In this document: one piece after another, positions 29,323 through 39,422 of the stretch
How positions within the stretch are numbered: position 1 is the first letter of the stretch
How the letters are laid out: each line of letters begins with the position of its first letter
Source of the DNA: a virus
Taxonomy: Duplodnaviria > Heunggongvirae > Uroviricota > Caudoviricetes
Strand: one strand, 5' to 3'
IMG/VR virus record: IMGVR_UViG_3300010049_000009
Location: 224,001 to 288,000 of that record
Length of the DNA stretch: 64,000 bases
The notes under the pieces: generated by a model
The model's database searches: none
What the model was told of the DNA's origin: nothing
The model's input: only the letters and a program-made list of their open reading frames with translations
Translations under genes and position numbers: made by a program

Positions 29323-32300
29323 ATGATAGATAATGATAAAATAAATGTTTTTCTTAATGGTCGTGATCCACAACAACGCATATCAAATATTGAGTGTGGA
29401 TATAACGATAAAAGTGTAAAAGTATATTCACGTAATGACAAAAATAGAGTAGTATGTCATTCGGAAGACTTACTTCCTTTTGTGTGGGCTACCGCCGCTG
29501 TTTCAAGAATGATGTTTGGTGGTGATAGACCCAAACTCATAGAAGAAATGAAAAAAACCGGTATTAAATGTAAGGGGTTACAAACAAAAGGTGAAAATGG
29601 TTTTGAACCCGATAGAATGGTTAATGGGTACTGCGTGTTATTTCAAGCAAGTAAACCCATGTCATACTCCGCATTTGAAAAATTCTTTGCGAAAGCCTTG
29701 GGTTGGGGTAAAAAGGGATCATTATTTTATGGTGAAATTGAGGGTAAAAGACATTTTTTAGTGGTTAATCCGATAGAAATGTTTCTCATTCACACAGGAA
29801 AACGTTTTTTTAAGGGTTATGATGATTATGACGATTTATTACGCCTCACTTGGGACATTGAAACAACAGGATTAGACCCCGACTACCATCAAATCACACA
29901 AATTGGTATAAGAACCAATAGGGACTATGAAAAAATCATTCATGTTAATGAAAGAACTTCGGAATTAAAGGCAATAGAATATTTTTTATATTACGTTGGT
30001 CAATTAAACCCCGATTGTGTTGCAGGTCATAATAGCGAAAACTTCGATTGGCATTTTATTTTAACACGTTGTAAAATTCTGTCAGTTGATTTTGATTGGG
30101 AAGAGTGGTGTCGCAAAACTAAACACATACCAAATCTTAATCAAAGAATAGAAGAAATATGTGCACAACACAAAACCCTGAATTTTAATAATGATTGGTT
30201 TGCTGCAATGGCGTTGTTATATACAGGTGATAAAATATACAAAAAAACAAAACAGAAAGTACTTAAACTTGGTGGGGAAATGGAATTTTATTTTCCCACG
30301 ATTTTTCCTTCTCATACTGTCATAGATTCACTTCACGCAGTTAGACGCGCACAAGCAATTGACAGTAATTTCAAATCAGGTAGTTTAAAATATGCTGCCG
30401 AATATGCTAAAGTTAAACGCCCAAACAGAGTGTATATTCCGGGTGACCAAATTGCAGAAATATATAAAGACAAAGAATGTCATTATTTATTAAATGAAGA
30501 AAACGGGGAATGGTATTTGCAAACAGAGGTGGAAGATAATGATGTTGATATTAATGAATATCCCCGAAAATTGGTTAGTGGCGAATATCTTGCGGACAGA
30601 TACCTTTTAGACGACTTGTATGAGGGTGATAGGGTAGAATATACCTACAATTCACCAAACTTCTTTCTATGTAAATTATTACCCATTATTTATCAGAAAG
30701 CAACCACAATGGGGACATCTGCTGGTTGGAAGTATATGTTATTAGCATTTTCTTATGAAAATAATATTGCAATTCCAATTACCGATAGACTTTATCCGTT
30801 CACAGGGGGATTATCCCGGCTATGGAGAACAGGTTTTGTTAAAGACGTTGTAAAATATGATTTCAATTCTCTTTATCCTGCTATTACACTAACATGGGAT
30901 ATATTTCCACAATTAGATATTAGCGGCGTATTTAAGGCGTTACTTGGACATATTCTTTCAGAACGTGAAAAATATAAGGGATTAAAGAAAGACGCAGGAA
31001 AAACAGTTGGAAAATTAAAATCTGACAATGCAGATTCAGACGAAATAAGAAAATGGGAAGCATTAGAAAATAAATATGATAAGTTACAGTTGCCAATGAA
31101 GATATTCGGAAACGGTTTCTTCGGGTCCTATGGCGCAGCAAACATTTTCAATTGGGGGTCTGTTCCACATGCTGAACAAATTACTTGTACCGCTCGAATG
31201 TGTTTACGTTTGTTGATAAAATGGATGATGGATCGTGGATTTCAACCTATCGTCGGCGATACCGATGGTGTTAATTTCACTTATTCACAGGTAGATAAGG
31301 AATATACTTACACTGAAAAGGGTTTAAATCGCAACACAAAAGAGGGTAGAGAATCGAAAGGTATTCACGCATATTGTGCTGAATTTAATGATTTGTTTAT
31401 GCGGGACAAAATGGGACTTGGATTGGATGAAATTGTTCCTGCAAGTATATATTTCAGTCGTAAAAACTATGCCGACTTACTTGAAAACGGTAAGATAAAA
31501 CTTGTGGGTAACTCAATTAAGAGTAAGAAAATGCCCAAGTTTATAGAATCGTTTATTGACACTAATCTCCCACTATTATTAAAAGAAGATGGGCAACAAT
31601 TTTTGGAAAATTATTATGCTTATATTGGAAAAATATTTAATAGACAGATACCATTAAGACAAATTGCTTCTATTGGTAAAGTTAAAATTTCTTTGAGTCA
31701 ATACAAAGAAAAAATGGAAGAAAAAAACAAACTCGGTAACAGTAAAGCGAAACAAGCTTGGTATGAACTTGCCATTAGAGAAAACTTAAATGTTTTACCG
31801 GGTGATACGATTTATTATATCAACACAGGATTAAAAAAGGGAACAGGTGATGTTGTAAAAACCCCTGTTTATGAGTTGGATAATGAGGGTAAACCGGTAA
31901 TGGTGGATAGAGTTGATAAAGCAGGTAATATTGTTTATAGTAAGAGAAAACCGACCAAGAAAAACCCAAATCCTGAACCGGTTGCACTTCAAGATAAGAA
32001 AATATCGCATTATGATTATGTTTTAAATTGTGTAAGAATTGACGAAAAAATATTAGAAACAGATATAGAATATTATGGAAACGAAGATATTTTTGGTGAC
32101 GATGGTTTAAAGTACAACATTCCGAAGTACATTGAACAGTTTAATAAGCGTATTACAGGTTTATTGACTTGTTTCCACCCTGATATTCGGAATCAAATTT
32201 TAATAACAAACCCAAAAGATAGGCAATATTGGGATAAATCCAAGACACAATTGGTATCAGGTATGCCCAAAAAACCAACTGATGAGGACACAATAAAGGA

Positions 32301-32739
32301 GTTGTTTACAATGGAAGATAAGGAAATTAGATTTTGGATTTCCGTACCCGAAGTTTTAGAAACTCTTCCTGACAAAGTACCGCCGTTTTTAAATACAAGT
32401 GAGTTGAGTGGTGCAATGGGTGATTGGGAAGCAATCAAGAAGGAATATCTTGATAGACAGGAAATCTTAAAACAAGATATTATTAAAGCGGAAGTTGATT
32501 TATATAACACAATATTGACTTCGGATACTGACGGTGAAGCAGTATTAAACAAACTTATTGAGGTTTTCCAATTAAAAGACAATTATTTATATTCAAAAAA
32601 CTATGACGTTAAAATTGGTAGTGTTGCTGATTTATTCGGAATATCTGATAAATATGCTCTTGAAACGGTTGATGAAGACGTTGCCGAAAACACATTGGAA
32701 AAACCAATAGTAATTAAAGACGAAGATTTTCCATTTTAA
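29323..32739 (+). CDS. polB: Family B DNA polymerase
   Basis: Exonuclease motifs WDIETTG, GHNSENFDW, YLLDD; polymerase motifs YDFNSLYP, KIFGNGFFG, GDTDG, RKNYA. Confidence 0.93.
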   Translation: MIDNDKINVFLNGRDPQQRISNIECGYNDKSVKVYSRNDKNRVVCHSEDLLPFVWATAAVSRMMFGGDRPKLIEEMKKTGIKCKGLQTKGENGFEPDRMVNGYCVLFQASKPMSYSAFEKFFAKALGWGKKGSLFYGEIEGKRHFLVVNPIEMFLIHTGKRFFKGYDDYDDLLRLTWDIETTGLDPDYHQITQIGIRTNRDYEKIIHVNERTSELKAIEYFLYYVGQLNPDCVAGHNSENFDWHFILTRCKILSVDFDWEEWCRKTKHIPNLNQRIEEICAQHKTLNFNNDWFAAMALLYTGDKIYKKTKQKVLKLGGEMEFYFPTIFPSHTVIDSLHAVRRAQAIDSNFKSGSLKYAAEYAKVKRPNRVYIPGDQIAEIYKDKECHYLLNEENGEWYLQTEVEDNDVDINEYPRKLVSGEYLADRYLLDDLYEGDRVEYTYNSPNFFLCKLLPIIYQKATTMGTSAGWKYMLLAFSYENNIAIPITDRLYPFTGGLSRLWRTGFVKDVVKYDFNSLYPAITLTWDIFPQLDISGVFKALLGHILSEREKYKGLKKDAGKTVGKLKSDNADSDEIRKWEALENKYDKLQLPMKIFGNGFFGSYGAANIFNWGSVPHAEQITCTARMCLRLLIKWMMDRGFQPIVGDTDGVNFTYSQVDKEYTYTEKGLNRNTKEGRESKGIHAYCAEFNDLFMRDKMGLGLDEIVPASIYFSRKNYADLLENGKIKLVGNSIKSKKMPKFIESFIDTNLPLLLKEDGQQFLENYYAYIGKIFNRQIPLRQIASIGKVKISLSQYKEKMEEKNKLGNSKAKQAWYELAIRENLNVLPGDTIYYINTGLKKGTGDVVKTPVYELDNEGKPVMVDRVDKAGNIVYSKRKPTKKNPNPEPVALQDKKISHYDYVLNCVRIDEKILETDIEYYGNEDIFGDDGLKYNIPKYIEQFNKRITGLLTCFHPDIRNQILITNPKDRQYWDKSKTQLVSGMPKKPTDEDTIKELFTMEDKEIRFWISVPEVLETLPDKVPPFLNTSELSGAMGDWEAIKKEYLDRQEILKQDIIKAEVDLYNTILTSDTDGEAVLNKLIEVFQLKDNYLYSKNYDVKIGSVADLFGISDKYALETVDEDVAENTLEKPIVIKDEDFPF

Positions 32740-32750
32740 AATAATTGAAT

Positions 32751-33800
32751 ATGAATACACAACAAAAAATATTTCTTAAAGAATATTTAAGAGACTTTAA
32801 TCGTTTAATTGGTAATACACAATTATTAAACGAAGAATTACATATAGCAGATGGGGTTAAAGAACTAACAACTTATATAGAACACCGTTTATCAAAATAT
32901 AAAAACCCAAAGGGGGATAATTTTAATTTTTCCATAACGAAAAAAGAATATATTTTGTATTTACATAGTCTTGGTTATTCCAATAGTGTTTGTGAAAATC
33001 TTGCTTTTTTTGAAAATTTACAAATACAGGGGCGTATTAGTAACTATACTCACCCCCATTTAATGAGTGGTAAAACGGGGTTCGGGGAACTTAATAAAAA
33101 CCCTAAAATGAATTTTACAACACCACCAAATGTAAAAAAACATAGAGCAGATATTAAAATAGATAACCCAAATATTGCATTATATTTGGGAAAATTACAT
33201 GGAGAACCATATGCGCCACGATATTATGAGGTTATACAACACGAAGTATCTCATTTATATAACGCGATAAAAAAATTCCACAATAAAAATTATGGGTATT
33301 CAAAAAATTTTACCAAATTATCTAATATGTATAACAAAAGTAAAGAGAATCTAAATAATTCTAATGATATTGTAAAGTTGTTTGCGGAAATATATTATTA
33401 TCTTTGTAGAAATGAACAATCTGCTTTTGCTAATGGTTTATATAGACGCTTAATATCTGAAAAACCAAACTTTGAAACCCCCGAAAATGTAGAAAACTAT
33501 TTACATAATACTGTACAATATCAACAACTTCTCATATTCAAAGACGTTTTAAGTGATATTGATAATTTTGTTGTAGATGAAGAGTGGAATGAAGCAAAAG
33601 AATTGTTTTTTGGTCGGTCGGTAAGTAATGAACAAGTCAAAAAAACAATCAAATTATTTTTATATAGGGAAATACCAAATTTTCAAAAAAAACTATCGGG
33701 GATTGTAATGAAATATAAAAAAGATTTACCACAAATTACAAACAGTAAAAACAATTTTATAAATTTAATGAATGGCACTCCACATAGCACGGGAAGTTAA
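32751..33800 (+). CDS. Putative zincin metallopeptidase, paralog 1 (with leader)
   Basis: IQHEVSH (HExxH) and downstream NEQSAFANG. Confidence 0.65.
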   Translation: MNTQQKIFLKEYLRDFNRLIGNTQLLNEELHIADGVKELTTYIEHRLSKYKNPKGDNFNFSITKKEYILYLHSLGYSNSVCENLAFFENLQIQGRISNYTHPHLMSGKTGFGELNKNPKMNFTTPPNVKKHRADIKIDNPNIALYLGKLHGEPYAPRYYEVIQHEVSHLYNAIKKFHNKNYGYSKNFTKLSNMYNKSKENLNNSNDIVKLFAEIYYYLCRNEQSAFANGLYRRLISEKPNFETPENVENYLHNTVQYQQLLIFKDVLSDIDNFVVDEEWNEAKELFFGRSVSNEQVKKTIKLFLYREIPNFQKKLSGIVMKYKKDLPQITNSKNNFINLMNGTPHSTGS

Positions 33801-34695
33801 AACATTAACAGATTATATAGAATATTGTTTAATGGAATACAACAACCCATTTTATGATTTTTTTGATTTTTCCATAACAAAAGACGAATATTTATCCTTT
33901 TTAGAAGAAATTGGTGAATGTAAATCGTTAGCGTTTTTTGATGTTGTAAAAGTAAGGGGTGAATTGATAAATTTTGATTCTCTCGATTCAATAGAAAATG
34001 CGCGTGTTGGTTATGGGGAAACATATTATATTGTAAGATTAATTGATAAAGTAGAACATAAAATTAAGAACACATACGTAGCAGAAACTCACATAATAGA
34101 CCCTGTTATAGATTTGAATTTGGTTAAGGTGTGTGGTGATCCATACAATAGAAGATATGAAGAAATAATACAACATGAAGTGGCACATTTTTATAAAGCA
34201 ATAAAAAGATACCATAAAAGAGTAAAAAACATAGATACACGTAATTATAGAGAGTTATCAAGATTACGTGAAATTGCTTGTAAAAATTGTTATAATGAAA
34301 ATCTAACTATTAGATTTATTGCTGAAATGTATTATTTTCTTAATAGAGAAGAACAATCAGCATTTGCTAATGGTTTATATAAACGTTTGGTTATTGAAAA
34401 TCCAATGGATGTATATGCGTGTATTGCTGATACAAGAGAGTTTAAATATCTAAAAGGGTTTAAAAGGGTTTTACAAGATATTGACCGTTATATAGAAGAT
34501 GAAGATTGGTTTGAAGCCAAAAAATTATTTTACGGTGAAACCGTGAGTAGTGCTCACGCTAAAAAAATGATAAAAACCTTTCTACGTAGAGAAGTACCCA
34601 AATTTCAGAAAAAAATATCCGGTGTTATTACAAAATATTTAGAAGAAGAAATAATGAGGGGATATCATAAAAGAGAATACCGTTTCAGATATTAA
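33772..34695 (+). CDS. Putative zincin metallopeptidase, paralog 2 (no leader)
   Basis: IQHEVAH and EEQSAFANG; colinear similarity with paralog 1. Confidence 0.65.
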   Translation: MALHIAREVKTLTDYIEYCLMEYNNPFYDFFDFSITKDEYLSFLEEIGECKSLAFFDVVKVRGELINFDSLDSIENARVGYGETYYIVRLIDKVEHKIKNTYVAETHIIDPVIDLNLVKVCGDPYNRRYEEIIQHEVAHFYKAIKRYHKRVKNIDTRNYRELSRLREIACKNCYNENLTIRFIAEMYYFLNREEQSAFANGLYKRLVIENPMDVYACIADTREFKYLKGFKRVLQDIDRYIEDEDWFEAKKLFYGETVSSAHAKKMIKTFLRREVPKFQKKISGVITKYLEEEIMRGYHKREYRFRY

Positions 34696-34743
34696 ACTTT
34701 TAAATGTATTTTTACCGTAAATAAAACAAATAAAATTTAACAT

Positions 34744-35067
34744 ATGCCTGAATTTGATAAATTACAAGAAGTAAATGCCCTTATGGGTGAAAAACCATTA
34801 GTAGAAAATTTCGGAATAAACCTTAACGAAGCGTTGGGTGAAACCCAAGCAGAAGAGGTAAAAGAAGAAAGAAAGTGTGCTGTATGTGGTAGTACAGATA
34901 TATACAAATATACCACAAGACCGTTGTGTGCAAAATGCGCTGGTATGGTTGAAAAACCAAAGCGTGTACCTTATGTGAGAGCAGAAAAGAAACTTGGGCG
35001 AAATGATATTTGTTCATGTGGTAGTGGTAAAAAGTTCAAAAAATGTTGTTATGGCAGTAATATATAA
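34744..35067 (+). CDS. SEC-C motif protein with additional zinc ribbon
   Basis: [18 protein letters not shown] (SEC-C) preceded by CAVC...CAKC. Confidence 0.85.
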   Translation: MPEFDKLQEVNALMGEKPLVENFGINLNEALGETQAEEVKEERKCAVCGSTDIYKYTTRPLCAKCAGMVEKPKRVPYVRAEKKLGRNDICSCGSGKKFKKCCYGSNI

Positions 35068-35611
35068 AACAAAAACCGATGTTGTAGAAGAAATATGGTA
35101 TGAATCAAGTAATATACATTATACAAAGGTTGATATTAGTAAGTTACGACACAAAATATTAAAACTTGCAGAGGGAATTGTTCCCACTCCAACAACAGAA
35201 GAAAAAACTGTAATAGATTTTACTGTACCAATACTTGATGTTACAGTAGTATTTAATCGTGGTGCACAATATATATACAAAGATGTTGAAATACACGATT
35301 ATCAATCTTTTGTTGAAATTCTAAATAGAGAAGCACCCGACTCACATGGGAAAGCCTTCAACAGATTTATCAAAACATATCCGTTTGAAAAACTTGACGA
35401 TGTTGATATTGATGAATTAAAAATCAAACGCTTGAAATATGAAGACGCTGAAAGAATTTCCAAAATGGAATATGAAGAAAAGGTGGGTGAGTGTTTGAAT
35501 AATATGATTAACGGTAACGTAACCAATGAATATCTAATTGAAAAATTTGGTGTGGAAGTCGTAACCGAAGCGTGTGATAAAGAAGCAAGATACCTTGAAA
35601 AACTATGTTAG
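35051..35611 (+). CDS. KTSC-domain protein
   Basis: ESSNI...[14 protein letters not shown]...[11 protein letters not shown]. Confidence 0.75.
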   Translation: MAVIYKTKTDVVEEIWYESSNIHYTKVDISKLRHKILKLAEGIVPTPTTEEKTVIDFTVPILDVTVVFNRGAQYIYKDVEIHDYQSFVEILNREAPDSHGKAFNRFIKTYPFEKLDDVDIDELKIKRLKYEDAERISKMEYEEKVGECLNNMINGNVTNEYLIEKFGVEVVTEACDKEARYLEKLC

Positions 35612-35612
35612 T

Positions 35613-35843
35613 ATGACAGTAGAATGGACAAGAGCAGCACGTTGTGAAGATTGTTATTTTTGTGGATATTACCGCCCACGAAGAAAAGACGGTACAACAT
35701 GTTCTAAGAGAAGACACAAATGCGCACTTAAAAAGATACACGTTACCCTTAAACAACCGGTTTGTTCTGATTGGCAAATGTCAGATTCGGGTGAACCAAG
35801 TTATATTGGACATATTGAAATAGGTGTTTTATTTAGAGAATGA
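35613..35843 (+). CDS. Cys-rich putative zinc-binding protein
   Basis: CEDCYFC...C...C...C pattern. Confidence 0.6.
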   Translation: MTVEWTRAARCEDCYFCGYYRPRRKDGTTCSKRRHKCALKKIHVTLKQPVCSDWQMSDSGEPSYIGHIEIGVLFRE

Positions 35844-35844
35844 A

Positions 35845-36618
35845 ATGGAATATACTTGGAATAACATTTATAATGTTGATTGTTTGATTGGAATGAAGGA
35901 ATTATCAAACAACTGTGTAGATTTGGTTGTCACTTCACCACCCTATGATGATTTACGAAATTATAATGGTTATTCATTCAATTTTGAAGAAATTGCTAAA
36001 GAATTATTCCGAACACTAAAACAAGGTGGCGTAATGGTGTGGGTTGTCGGCGACAAAATCAAAAACGGTAATAAGAGTTTGACAAGTTTTCGACAAGGAA
36101 TCACGTTTCAAGAAATAGGATTCAACGTTCATGACGTAATGATATACCAAAAGAAAAACACCCCATTTATGCGCTCTAATGCTTACACAAATTGTTTTGA
36201 ATTTATGTTTGTGTTATCAAAAGGAAAACCAAAAACCTTCAACCCACTCAAAACACGTACTGTTCGACACGGTGTTGAAAAATTGGTAGCAAATAAAAAA
36301 GCAGATGGTGTAAATAATAAGGTCGTTGCTGAATTAAAAAAGGAAAAAACCTTAAACAATATATGGGAATATGCCGTTGGATCGGGTGGTTCTACCAAAG
36401 ATAAAATTGCATTTCAACACACCGCAATTTTCCCCGAAAAACTTGCACAAGACCACATATTATCGTGGTCAAACGTAGGTGATTTGGTTTTTGATCCAAT
36501 GTGTGGGTCGGGAACCACTTGTAAAATGGCAAAACTTAACAAACGTAATTATTTGGGTATGGAAATATCACCTGAATATACGGAATTATCAATAAAACGT
36601 GTAAATTTAATAAAATGA
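35845..36618 (+). CDS. Beta-class N4-C/N6-A DNA methyltransferase
   Basis: VTSPPY (motif IV) near N-terminus, HTAIFP, DPMCGSGTT (motif I) near C-terminus. Confidence 0.92.
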   Translation: MEYTWNNIYNVDCLIGMKELSNNCVDLVVTSPPYDDLRNYNGYSFNFEEIAKELFRTLKQGGVMVWVVGDKIKNGNKSLTSFRQGITFQEIGFNVHDVMIYQKKNTPFMRSNAYTNCFEFMFVLSKGKPKTFNPLKTRTVRHGVEKLVANKKADGVNNKVVAELKKEKTLNNIWEYAVGSGGSTKDKIAFQHTAIFPEKLAQDHILSWSNVGDLVFDPMCGSGTTCKMAKLNKRNYLGMEISPEYTELSIKRVNLIK

Positions 36619-37313
36619 ACAAAATGAGTAAAATGGAAAGAGTGTTAAATGATATGGACTCAAAAATGATTGACAGATTTTTTGAAAAATATGTTAAGGA
36701 TCGTGGTGTACAACACACAGACATATCATTTATGTCTATGCTTGATATATATTATAAGGTATATGGGCGCGAACAATTCGGTGAAGTAGAATATTGGGAA
36801 GAAAGAAAAGAGAGGTGGTTCAAACATGTTGAAAGTAAACACCAAGACGAACACAAAGAGTGGGTAGAAGACGAATTAAAAAAATATAATCTTTGGTTAG
36901 AATACAATGCAGAACATAATAGTAATTATAGGGTAATTACATGGTATCATTGTATATTTGATACAATGGGTTTTGATACACTCGAAGAAGCGGAAGCATA
37001 TATTAAAGAACTCGGTGAAAGAGAATGTCAATCTTTCAGTGTTGGTGGAAATTGGAGGTTTATGGTTGAATGTATTATTAACAAAAACAATATTATTGTT
37101 TCAACAAACCCCGATTGGTCTTATGAAAAACATGTTATACCAACGGAACAAAAAATACGTTCAGGGGTTGGTGATATTTACCCATTTGGTACTTATAAGG
37201 GTATGAATTGGGTTCCACTTATTTATATGGTGGAAAAACAAATAAAAGTAGATAAGTTAAAAGAAGAAGGGGGAGAAGAAGATTTTTATGAATTAAAAGA
37301 AGAAAATGATTAG
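36615..37313 (+). CDS. Hypothetical protein
   Basis: 232-aa ORF overlapping both neighbours. Confidence 0.7.
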   Translation: MNKMSKMERVLNDMDSKMIDRFFEKYVKDRGVQHTDISFMSMLDIYYKVYGREQFGEVEYWEERKERWFKHVESKHQDEHKEWVEDELKKYNLWLEYNAEHNSNYRVITWYHCIFDTMGFDTLEEAEAYIKELGERECQSFSVGGNWRFMVECIINKNNIIVSTNPDWSYEKHVIPTEQKIRSGVGDIYPFGTYKGMNWVPLIYMVEKQIKVDKLKEEGGEEDFYELKEEND

Positions 37314-37914
37314 AAAGTTAGGAAATATTGTTGCACAAAAATCTGATTTGCGTTTAATGAATAAAGTCAGTTTTATTCATTACACAGAGGTTATGACGGA
37401 TATTATAAATGATATTCCAACTCTTATTATTGGTTGGAATAACGTAAAACGACTATATCCCGACACCCCATTGTCAATTCTAAAAGAAAAAATTGATAAT
37501 AAAACATGGTGGTGTTTTAGCCCACAGGAAAAAAACACAAAACATATTGAATGTGTATCAGAATTTTATCAAACTATAATTGAAATAATCAAAGAGAAAA
37601 TACCATATCATTTCATTAATATTTTTGAATTAACACTATCGGAAACAAAAGAAATTATATCCACATTAAATTCTAATACACGTGTGGTATGTTATGTGCA
37701 TTATAATTTTATGTATGTTTACATTAACAATGAAGTGTTGGGGTTTAATCTTGAAGATATTGAATATTTGGGGATTCCGAAAAATAAAATACTCAAATAT
37801 TTTTATAATAATACGAATAACAGTATATTTTACAAAGCGGATTTTCTTCAAGAAGAAGTAATGCAAATAATACAAAACAATTTATACTTAATACCCATTT
37901 TTTATGAAGGATAA
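37306..37914 (+). CDS. Hypothetical phage protein (PTLIIGW motif)
   Basis: 202-aa ORF in operon. Confidence 0.7.
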   Translation: MIRKLGNIVAQKSDLRLMNKVSFIHYTEVMTDIINDIPTLIIGWNNVKRLYPDTPLSILKEKIDNKTWWCFSPQEKNTKHIECVSEFYQTIIEIIKEKIPYHFINIFELTLSETKEIISTLNSNTRVVCYVHYNFMYVYINNEVLGFNLEDIEYLGIPKNKILKYFYNNTNNSIFYKADFLQEEVMQIIQNNLYLIPIFYEG

Positions 37915-38734
37915 AAAGATTAATTCTAGTTTAAGATCATTTGGTGGTAAATCAAATATGCTTAATAGTCTGTATGAATATTTTCCACCTGCCGACCAAT
38001 ATGGTGGATACGTAGAACCATTTATGGGGTCGTTGGTTGTGGGGTTAAACCTACCACACGACAAATGTTCTTTAATAGTTAATGATTTGAATAAAAATAT
38101 TTATTCATTCTTTAAGGTTGTACAAGATAAAGATATGTTTGCGAAGTTGAAAGCAAAACTTGATATTGTTTTTTATTCGGAAGACATTTTTTGGGAGTCT
38201 TTGGAATGGATAAAAGAAGTGGGACAAAAGGATGGTTATTCAATTGAAGATAGAGCATACCATTTTTTCATTGTAAATAGAATGTCTTATTCGGGAAACA
38301 ATCAAAGTTTCGGAAAAAATATGGTTATCAGAAGAGGTGTTTCCAAGTCGGTATCAGATACGTTTAGCACAATAGACGGAATGACCGAAACACACCAAAG
38401 AATACAACATTTTGTTATATTAAACAGAGACGCTCTCGAAATAATAGATAATTACAACAAATCCAATTACTTTTTCTATATGGACCCACCGTATCACCAC
38501 AGCACACGCACCGCTGCAAGATATCCGGTAGATATGAGTGATGCTCAACAGGAACAATTTGTTAATTTAATCGTAAATGGGGATGCAAAATACTTGGTGT
38601 CAGGATATAGGTGTGAATTATATGACGATGTTTTCTTATCCAATGGTTGGAAAAGGGTTGATTTCAACATAAACACAGTCACAGGGCAGAATAAACCCAA
38701 AGAAAAAACAGAATCATTATACATGAATTATTAA
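37904..38734 (+). CDS. dam: Dam-like (D12 class) DNA adenine methyltransferase
   Basis: GGKS, YVEPFMGS, NDLN, YMDPPY. Confidence 0.9.
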   Translation: MKDKKINSSLRSFGGKSNMLNSLYEYFPPADQYGGYVEPFMGSLVVGLNLPHDKCSLIVNDLNKNIYSFFKVVQDKDMFAKLKAKLDIVFYSEDIFWESLEWIKEVGQKDGYSIEDRAYHFFIVNRMSYSGNNQSFGKNMVIRRGVSKSVSDTFSTIDGMTETHQRIQHFVILNRDALEIIDNYNKSNYFFYMDPPYHHSTRTAARYPVDMSDAQQEQFVNLIVNGDAKYLVSGYRCELYDDVFLSNGWKRVDFNINTVTGQNKPKEKTESLYMNY

Positions 38735-38746
38735 AATAGTTATAAT

Positions 38747-39232
38747 ATGTTATCAATAGTAGTCGCAGTAGATCAAAATCTTGGAATTGGTGTAAAAAAC
38801 AAATTATTATGCCATTTACCCAATGATTTAAAAAACTTCAAAAACATAACAACAGGTGGAACAATAATAATGGGTCGAAAAACATACGATTCACTACCAA
38901 TAAAACCACTACCAAACAGACAAAATATTGTAGTCAGTAGAACAATCGAAAATCTATTGGGGAGTTCAGTTGTTTCCAATTTACAAGAAATTAAAGATTG
39001 GAGATTTCATGAAGAAGAATATTTTGTTATTGGTGGTGCGGAAATTTATCGTGAATTATTACCATTTGCGGATAAAATGTATATGACCGTAATCCAACAT
39101 GTATTTGACGAAGCGGATACATTTTTTCCCGATTTATGTTCAAATGAATGGCGTTTAATATCCGGTGAAATGTGTCGTAAAGACGAAAAACACGCATACG
39201 ATTATAAATTTGAAGTGTGGGAGAGGTGTTAA
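38747..39232 (+). CDS. folA: Dihydrofolate reductase
   Basis: IVVAV...GIG, HLPNDLKNFK, MGRKTYDS, PLPNRQN, IGGAEIY, DTFFP. Confidence 0.97.
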   Translation: MLSIVVAVDQNLGIGVKNKLLCHLPNDLKNFKNITTGGTIIMGRKTYDSLPIKPLPNRQNIVVSRTIENLLGSSVVSNLQEIKDWRFHEEEYFVIGGAEIYRELLPFADKMYMTVIQHVFDEADTFFPDLCSNEWRLISGEMCRKDEKHAYDYKFEVWERC

Positions 39233-39417
39233 ATGTTTTGGGTAAACATAATTTGTCTTCTATAGAGATAAATGATTTTCCAACTCACACCCTTGGTTAT
39301 GGTAATTTCATAATCGGTAGTAGGGAGTTTGTGGATTCATTAAATATGTTTGCGGAAGCATGTAATAATAACAAAAAAATCGAAAAAATAAGTAAGAAAA
39401 ATTCTAATAAAAAATAA
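39217..39417 (+). CDS. Hypothetical protein
   Basis: Fills the gap between folA and thyA. Confidence 0.4.
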   Translation: MGEVLNVLGKHNLSSIEINDFPTHTLGYGNFIIGSREFVDSLNMFAEACNNNKKIEKISKKNSNKK

Positions 39418-39422
39418 ATAAA

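Noticed and set aside
29323-32739. Intein or intron in PolB (also checked RNR, terminase, helicase)
   Set aside because: Insertions are short; no C...HN splice motifs or LAGLIDADG blocks seen, and frames are continuous.
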